Made by a program: the position numbers and the translations under genes. Below are positions 56,271 through 64,000 of a DNA stretch of 64,000 nt, one piece after another (position 1 is the first letter of the stretch; each line of letters begins with the position of its first letter). Below the pieces are notes generated by a model. It had not been told where the DNA came from. It made no database searches and saw only the letters and a program-made list of their open reading frames with translations. The stretch comes from Octopus vulgaris (lineage: Eukaryota): assembly GCA_951406725.2 (NCBI GenBank), contig OX597836.1, forward strand, positions 31,930,001 to 31,994,000, written 5' to 3'.

Positions 56271-56564
56271 AACCCGAAGCCAAATGGTTTAAAGCAAGCT
56301 TCTTCACCACACAGCTGTGCTGGCAACGGTGTAAAACAACCGAGACATATATCTTTTTATTGTTGCTGTTTGATATTTAATATTTCTATATGACGAGAGG
56401 ATTAGTTAATAACCAGTAATTAAATTTAATTATCAATGTACTCAATGTGCTTTCATTACTATCAACATAAAAATTTTTAATGCTTCTCAGTGTCTTCCAA
56501 TAAGCTGAATTATTATATAAAAACACATAAAAGGGATTTGCTTTACTCTTTTGAACACTAAACA

Positions 56565-56965
56565 TGTGGCTGTGTGGTAAATAGCTTGCTAATGAGCGAC
56601 ATGGTTCCGGGTTCAGTCCCACTGCATAGCACCTTGCGCAAGTGTCATCTACTATAACCTCGGGCCGACCAAAGCCTTGTGAGTGGATTTGGTGGTCAGA
56701 AACTGAAAGAAGCCCGTTGTATATATGTATATATATATATGTATGTGTGTGTATATGTTTGTGTGTCTGTGTTTGTCCCCCCACCATCACTTGACAACTG
56801 ATGTTGGTGTGTTGATGTCCCCGTAACTTAGCAGTTCGGCAAAAGAGACCGATAGGATAAGTACTAGGCTTACAAAGAATAAGTCCTGGGGGTGATTTGG
56901 TCGACTAAAGGCGATGCTCCAGCATGGCCACAGTCAAATGACTGAAACAAGTAAAAAAAAAAAAG
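56565..56965 (+). mobile_element. SINE family A
   Basis: Homology to family A. Confidence 0.93.
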
Positions 56966-57390
56966 AATATCTGTTCAAAATTTTATAACCAACAAATGTG
57001 GAAAGTGGAGTTTTTGACCCACGATCTTGAAAAAAATTTTTAAAAGACCTCCTTATGTTACAAAAAGCAGAGATACCCTCCAGTGACACTTTAAGATTAT
57101 TTCTCGGATTTTCTTAATTTGTTTCACATATTTCATAAAATATCTCTTTATAGAGCAAGGATCAAATATCTTTAGAGGTGGATATGAAAGAGGTACTGGA
57201 AAAGTATTGCAGATGCAGAAAATCTCAATCATGTTCTTTGATGGATAATTAACATCATTCCAAGAATGGCCATGAAATTTAATTACCCAGTTGAATGGTT
57301 AAATATGTCCAATTGCGCTTTTATCTTTTATTTGTTTCAGCATGGCCGCAGTCAGATGGCTGAAACAAATAAAAGAATAAAGGAATAAAA

Positions 57391-57434
<44 letters not shown>

Positions 57435-57627
57435 AGGCGTAGGAGTGGCTGTGTGGTAAGTAGCTTACTTACGAACCACATGGTTCCGGGGTTCAGTCCC
57501 ACTGCGTGACACCTTGGGCAAGTATCTTCTACTATAGCCTCTGGCCGACCATAGCCTTGTGGATTTGGTAGATGGAAACTGAAAGAAGCCTGTCGTATAT
57601 ATGTATATATATATATGTATGTATATA

Positions 57628-57671
<44 letters not shown>

Positions 57672-58811
57672 TATATGTATATATATATATATATATAAGC
57701 ACCCAGTACACTCTGTAAAGTGGTTGGTGTTAGGAAGGGCATCTGGCCATAGAAACCATGCCAAAACAGACAGTTGTGAGCCTGTAGAGCTCTCTGGCTA
57801 GTCAGCTCCTGTCAAACCTTCTGACCCATGCCAGCATGGAGAATGGATGTTAATCAATGATGTTGATGATCATGACAACGACGACAACGACGACGACAAC
57901 GACGACGACGACGACGATGATGATGATGATAATAATGATGATGATGATGGTGATGAAATATATACTCAGCCAACAATTAACTATTTCTTTTATCGTTTTT
58001 CATTTACTTGTTTCAGTCATTATTATATAAAACAAATTGAATTATTTATACATTTATATAATAAAATTAAGCTCACAAGGGTCTTCTCGTCCATTTAAAC
58101 TATTTAAGAAAAATAGGACAAAAAAAAAATTAACCATAAAAAAATTAAACAATAAGTTCAAAAAATTAAACAATATATAATTATTTTCTCTCAGACAAAA
58201 AGACGGAAAATTGAACTATTTTATGAGATAGAAAAGCAACAGGAGTGGAGGAAATGACATGATATGTGAAGGATACAAAAATACTATATTTAAAAAAAAA
58301 AATCAATTATATTTTAAAAAAGATACACTGACAGCTTCAAAGCTAATTTATTTTTAAAACATTACTCATAATGAATTCACGAACAGTAATTCCTTTTTAG
58401 AAAAATCAATGTGTGTTATATGATCCCTGATTTTATTCAGTTCAGATATGATATATGAAACAGAGTAGATCCATTAACTAAGCTGAATAATTATTAAGAT
58501 TAATTTTGTTCATCTTGATAATTCTGGAATGTATAGAAGAAGATACATATTAAGATCTTTATCAGCTGTTAAATATTTGGGAAAAAAATATATCTTATTT
58601 AACATTCTTGTAGCATTTGGTCCCCCACCCACCCACACAAAAAATGTCTTTCCAGTGTATTCTGTGTGTTAGGGGAACATCTCTGAAACAAGTGGAGAAG
58701 TTTAAGTATTTAGGGGCCATTTATTACATGAGTGATGGGAAGCAGGAGGCTGAATTGAGTACTAGAATTGTTATGTTTAAGACAAGGTAGAAAATGCTAA
58801 AATAATTTTAA

Positions 58812-59045
58812 AGGCGGCAAGCTGGCAGAACCGTTAGCACACCAGGTGAAATGCTTAGCAGTATTTTGTTTGCCATTACGCTCTGAGTTCAAATTCTGCT
58901 GAGGTCGACTTTGCCTTTCATCTTTTCAGGGTTGATAAATTAAGTACCAGTTATGCACTGGGGTCGATGTAATCGACTTAATACCTTTGTCTGTCCTTGT
59001 TTGTCCCCTCTATGTTTAGCCCCTTGTGGGCAATAAAGAAATAAG
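58812..59045 (+). mobile_element. full-length SINE family B (tRNA head, Meta-domain-like core)
   Basis: GGCGGCAAGCTGGCAGAA...GAGTTCAAATTC...GCCTTTCATC...GATAAATTAAGTACCAG...AATAAAGAAATA. Confidence 0.93.
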
Positions 59046-59447
59046 AAATATGAAATAAGAATCGTTATGGATTCTAGGACAGTAATGTGCTAGCTCCAGC
59101 ATTCAGTTCTCAAAAAGGGAGAAGTAAGAAGACCAAACTTGCTGTCTTGGTCTGCATTCCTATACTAACAGGGCTTTGACCTCTCAATGCAAAGAAGTAG
59201 CAGTTCATCCTGGATGAAAATCAGAGTTGCAGAGATTGCGACATTGGGTCTCTCAAGAACATCTTCCCAGTGCATTCTGCCCGTTAGTGGAACATCGCTG
59301 AAGTACGAAGAAAAGGTTAAGTATCTAGAGGCTGTATGCATGAGTTACAGAAGCAAGAGGCTGAACTGGATACTAGAGTCACAGATGCAAGCATAGTAAT
59401 GTGATAGTTCCAGCGTTTGATCTTCAGAATAGGAAAGGTTATAGGAA

Positions 59448-59680
59448 AGGCAGCGAGCTGGCAGAAACGTTAGCACGCTGGGCAAAATGCTTTGTGGTAT
59501 TTCGTCTGCCACTGCATTCTGAGTTCAAATTCCACTGAGGTCAACTTTGCCTTTCATCCTTTCGGGGTCGATAAATTAAGTACCAGTTACGCACTGGGGT
59601 CGATGTAATCGACTTAATCCGTTTGTCTGTCCTTGTTTGTCCCTTCTATGTTTAGCCCCTTGTGGGCAATAAAGAAATAA
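59448..59680 (+). mobile_element. full-length SINE family B with ATAGGAAAG target duplication
   Basis: ATAGGAAAG at both ends. Confidence 0.93.
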
Positions 59681-59979
59681 GAATAGGAAAGTTTATCTAA
59701 AAAAAAAAGATTAAACTTGCTATCTTTAATTCCATTTTCATGCCTATCCTCATCGCTGGTCATGAATATTGGGTAACGATTAAAAGAGAAGGATCATAAA
59801 TATGAGCAGCCAAAAAGGGGATTCCTTTGAAGTATCTCTGGAGTAACATTACTCAACAGGGTGCATAACTCAGAGATCAGGGAGTCTCTCTCTCTCTAGA
59901 TCGAGTTACCACAGTTTGTTCTGGCAATTTCTTCATTTCAATTATTTCCTACATTATTGACATACTACTTGTATATATT

Positions 59980-60369
59980 GTGGAGGCGCAATGGCCCAGT
60001 GGTTAGGGCAGCGGACTCGCAGTCATAGGATCGCGGTTTCGATTCCCAGACCGGGCGTTGTGAGTGTTTATTGAGCGAAAACACCTAAAGCTCCATGAGG
60101 CTCCGGCAGGGGATGGTGGTGATCCCTGCTGTACTCTTTCGCCACAACTTTCTCTCACTCTTACTTCCTGTTTCTGTTGTACCTGTATTTCAAAGGGCCG
60201 GCCTTGTCACTCTCTGTGTCACGCTGAATATCCCCGAGAACTACGTTAAGGGTACACGTATCTGTGGAGTGCTCAGCCACTTACACGTTAATTTCACGAG
60301 CAGGCTGTTCCGTTGATTCGGATCAACCGGAACCCTCGTCGTCGTAACCGACGGAGTGCTTCCACCACA
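59980..60369 (+). mobile_element. full-length young tRNA-derived SINE family D with 10-bp TSD
   Basis: A box TGGCCCAGTGG, B box GGTTTCGATTCCC, CpG-rich; TGTATATATT at 59970-59979 and 60370-60379. Confidence 0.93.
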
Positions 60370-60971
60370 TGTATATATTCTAACAAAATATTGTCTCTGA
60401 AGCTTTTAGTTTCAAATATTAAAAATTTCAATCAGCACATAATTATTTCATATCGATTTGTTAGGTTGATATTGATTTGTTAAAGTGAAATTGTCCCCTG
60501 AGTCATAATATATAAGTTTAGTTTCCAAAATACGACATATTGATGTGTTTTCATGCTATTAGTGTGAACGTTTTTAATACTTCTAAAGTGTTTTCCAATA
60601 AACTGAAGTGGTGCATAAAATTCATAAATGGGATTCGTTTAAATAAGTTCAATTAATGAAAACTATTTAGAACTTAATATAAATATGTAACATTTAATAT
60701 GACCCATTTAGTAGCCAGATAAAATCTGAAATACGAGAAAACGGATGACTGGTCTGCATCGGCAACAGTCAATATATAAGATCTTATATGTTCAATTGTT
60801 ACAAACGAGCAAGAATCCAATATCTTGTGATGTTGCACTTTATCTGAGAGTGAGAGAGAGAGAGAAAGCGAGAGAGGGGAGAGAGAAGAGAGAGGGAGAG
60901 AGTGGTGTTGTTGCAATGTTAGAAGCCAGCAAATTGAACTTAATTGACAAAATAGCAACACTATTTTACTA

Positions 60972-61398
60972 TTGGGTTTTCCGGAAAGTTTGTGCCGATT
61001 TATAGTAGCTTACCTTTCGACTTATTTTAGAACATGGTTGAGTCCATAAAATAGGATTTCACTACACCTCCATTTAGAGTACAGTTTAAGCTATCTTTTC
61101 GTGGAAGAAGGTTTATGTTCCTATAACCTGTGTTAATTCTGTAACCCTTTAAAATGGAAAATAAGAAAGTTCATTTTCGGTACTTGATGCTTTGGGAACC
61201 AGACAAAAATTGCTGCAGCTTGGCTGGGATGTGTTACCCCACCCTCCATATTCACCAGATATTGCTCCTTCAGATTTCCACTTATTCAAGTCACTGCAGA
61301 AGAGTCTTAATGGTAAAAATTTCAATTCCTTGGATGACGTAAAAAGATACCTTGATGAATTTTTTGCCATGAAACCACTTCAATTCTGGGAAGGGGAT
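60972..61398 (+). mobile_element. internally deleted, 3'-truncated mariner (mellifera-subfamily-like)
   Basis: TA + TIR TTGGGTTTTCCGGAAAGTTTGTGCCGATTT; MENKKVHFRYLML at 61154 fused to TRQKLLQLGWDVLPHPPYSPDIAPSDFHLFKSLQ. Confidence 0.92.
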
Positions 61399-62289
61399 AA
61401 CAGCTGATTTTAAAACTCAATGGTAACTGACCAGTTATGGGTCCCTAACCTGAACGGCTATACCAACAAAACAGAAAAAAAAAAGACAACAATGAAAGAC
61501 ACATCCCAAGTGATATATACTACATCATTTTCAAGAAATTTCGGATGCAGCCAAATTTGTAAGTGAACAGGTTGCAGTTTTGTTCAACGGAAATTTTGAC
61601 ACCATATTACAAATAAATGTTTAAGTGAAGTTGATGGTCTTTGTACGTTTTTGAGTGGCTAACTTGCGTCTTCCATGCTGCCGTCGCTTTAGTTTCAGCA
61701 CTTAATCTCAGATCAAAACACTTGCTATACAAGTGCATCTACATCATTTTGAATGAAGTATCTATAAAACTAGTTTTTCAACAATAAATGGTTAATGGGG
61801 GCCCACCAGAATAAAATGGTAATCAAAGGGGAACACAGGTAAAAAAATAAATGGCTGGGAACTACTGCTATAAGTGATTTTATTCTAAACCTTTATTGTC
61901 TTAAACTCCTATAAATCACATTCTTTTGAACTGTTACTGTCTTTCACTACTATATTTTAAGTGTCATTGTCTAAAATACATATGGACCCTATGCTAAGCA
62001 TATATTTTCCTATGCCTCTATGAATGAAATTATTCTAAATACTAACTAACTCTCCTATAGATGATCCCATACTAAGCTCAGCTCTGATTGTCTTACACCC
62101 CCATAAATGGTTCCCATTCCATTCTCTCACTGTCTTATGCCCCTAACATTATCCTACTGTAAACTCAATGTCTTACACATCTATTTGATGGACATTGAAT
62201 GTTTCACATCCCTATAAATAATCCTATTTTGAACCCTCAATTTAAATTTTTAAAAGCAAAGACTGTTGATTCATGAGACGTAGTCTCAA

Positions 62290-62840
62290 CTTGAAGCTTT
62301 TAGAACAAAACTTCAAATTTTGAAGAATCAACTTGGGATTGGTGATGCTTTCCATTTCCCCATACAAACCATTTGCAGTGAATCTGGATAAAACGGTTTT
62401 GCTGTGAAGTTATATGTGTTGAAAAAATAGCTAAATGCCAAATTTAAGGACTCCAAAGCCAGAGAAGCTGATTTTAACCTTTTTGGAAATCGATTTAATG
62501 CCAATGTTTAAAAAAAAAATAGCATGAAAATAACTGAGATTCAAAGTGATGATTTTTTTAAAGCTAAAATTGAAAGATGAATTTCCATTGTCGTTTTATG
62601 AAACTCTTCCTGAAGAAAACTACCACAAAACTGTATGTTACACTAAAAAAATATACTGCCATGATTTGTAGCACATATATCTGTGAACAACATTTTTCTG
62701 GAATGAAAATAGTGTCAAAAACTAAGTCAAGATTGACAGATATTCATTTCTATGACAATTTATGAGTTTCAACATCACAAATATTTGTAAACATTGGAAA
62801 AGTTGCTAAAAAAAATGTTCCATGATGTCAAGTGTTTCAC
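62290..62840 (+). pseudogene. decayed hAT (Charlie/SPIN-like) transposase C-terminal dimerisation region
   Basis: MICSTYICEQHFSGMK..KTKSRLTDIHF..NL*VSTS; a hAT-like terminus GGCTGGGAACTACTG lies nearby at 61853-61867. Confidence 0.82.
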
Positions 62841-63345
62841 AGGAATTTGTAAATTATTTCTATTGACGTCAATAACAAATGAATAATAAATATGATGTTT
62901 CATGTCTGTATTTTGTTAGGTAGTGCTTTAATCATTCTAAGAGGTTTGGTTAGACTATTTTCCTCATCTATTTTCCTCATATTTTTTCCCAGTATTTTAG
63001 TTGTTTCAGCCATCTTGTCAAGTCATGTTAATTTCTATTTCTATCTATCTCACATTTATTTATTTATTTATTTAGTTACTTCACTCAACTACCTTTTCCT
63101 CAACCACCATAACTTAAAACAGTGCAAATAAACAAAACACATTACAATGATTAAGTATGGTGTTTCTTGAAATTTGAAACATTTCATTGAAGGTAACATT
63201 TTCAGCACTTTAAACAAATGGCAATTTTTATTAAAGAAGATCTTACATATAAACAACATTTGCTTTTGAAACAGGAAACACCCATAATCATTTTTTTCTC
63301 TGGAGAAGAGCTGTATTTTTTCTTTAACAAATTTTTTTCCGTTAG

Positions 63346-63500
63346 ACCTGCATTGGGTGGATGTAGGTGTCTTCAAAATAAAGCTGGACCTCTTACTGTC
63401 AAGTGTCCCAGATGAACCAACTTCGTGGCAGGAGGTGCAGATGAGGGCAGCTGCATCAAACTAATTCATGCATCAAATGTCAATTCCTAAAAAGCATTCA
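63346..63500 (+). mobile_element. CR1-group LINE 3' fragment
   Basis: DLHWVDVGVFKIKLDLLLSSVPDEPTSWQEVQMRAAASN*FMHQ matches the FK..LD..L..VPDEP...RAA.SNSL C-terminus. Confidence 0.75.
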
Positions 63501-64000
63501 TGAAGTAAAATTATGTAGCAACACCAAATGGTGGTGCCCCAGCATGGCCGCAACTCGTGAGCTGAAACTAGACAAAGTAAAAAAATATATAGTTTAATGA
63601 ATATATTACAAACAAATCTTACTAAATGGTGTGCCCTGGTGGCCAGTAATTGTAAGGGAAATAATCACTTCTAGATTAGTCATGGTGGGAGTGGAAGTTT
63701 GAGATTTAAATCAAAGAGAAATGAAGAAGATGTACAGGATATATATATAAGCACAGACATGGCTGTGTGGAAAGAAGTTTGCTTCCTAAGTACATAGATT
63801 CTGGTTCAGTCCTACCGTGTGACGTCTTGGACAAGTATCTTCTATTACAGCTTTTAAATTGAAAAGTAACATTAATATAAAACTATACATAAGACTAGAA
63901 ATGTTGTGATCTTTTTAAGGAATAAGAGGAAAAAATAATAAATCTTTTAGTTGCTTAAGTCATGAGACTGTGGCCATGCTGGGGCACCACCTTGAAGAAT

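Larger units (their letters stand above)
58650..59890 (+). pseudogene. decayed, partly duplicated RTE-clade (Rex3/Expander-like) RT fragments interrupted by two SINEs
   Basis: LKQVEKFKYLG..SDGKQEAEL.TRI; second copy EKVKYL; KLAIFNSIFMPILIAGHEYWV...ISGVTLLNRVHNSEIRESL. Confidence 0.8.

Noticed and set aside
59983-60055. Possible tRNA gene
   Set aside because: tRNA-like head of a SINE with body, tail and TSD; no clean acceptor stem
63346-63480. Exon-like segment after a polypyrimidine tract and AG
   Set aside because: Translates to a CR1-group LINE C-terminus with an in-frame stop

Overview
AT-rich animal genomic DNA saturated with microsatellites and interspersed repeats. The SINE families resemble those of octopod cephalopods (Octopus-like; recognised from memory, not searched). 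No host protein-coding gene can be supported: almost all tracked ORFs are microsatellite or SINE artefacts. One weak exon candidate lies at 55330-55511. The window holds three tRNA-derived SINE families, an RTE-tail repeat family, LINE fragments (RTE, CR1-group, R4/Dong), a mellifera-type mariner deletion derivative, a hAT transposase relic, TTAA-flanked piggyBac-type MITEs and several long hairpins. The most striking signal is at least seven type I hammerhead-ribozyme motifs from about five unrelated short-element families, most embedded in (TA)n arrays (Penelope/retrozyme-like); two appear structurally complete. Also notable are a compact structured RNA at the 5' end of a mini-RTE element and a 1.4-kb minisatellite built from overlapping STAT/ETS-like motifs.
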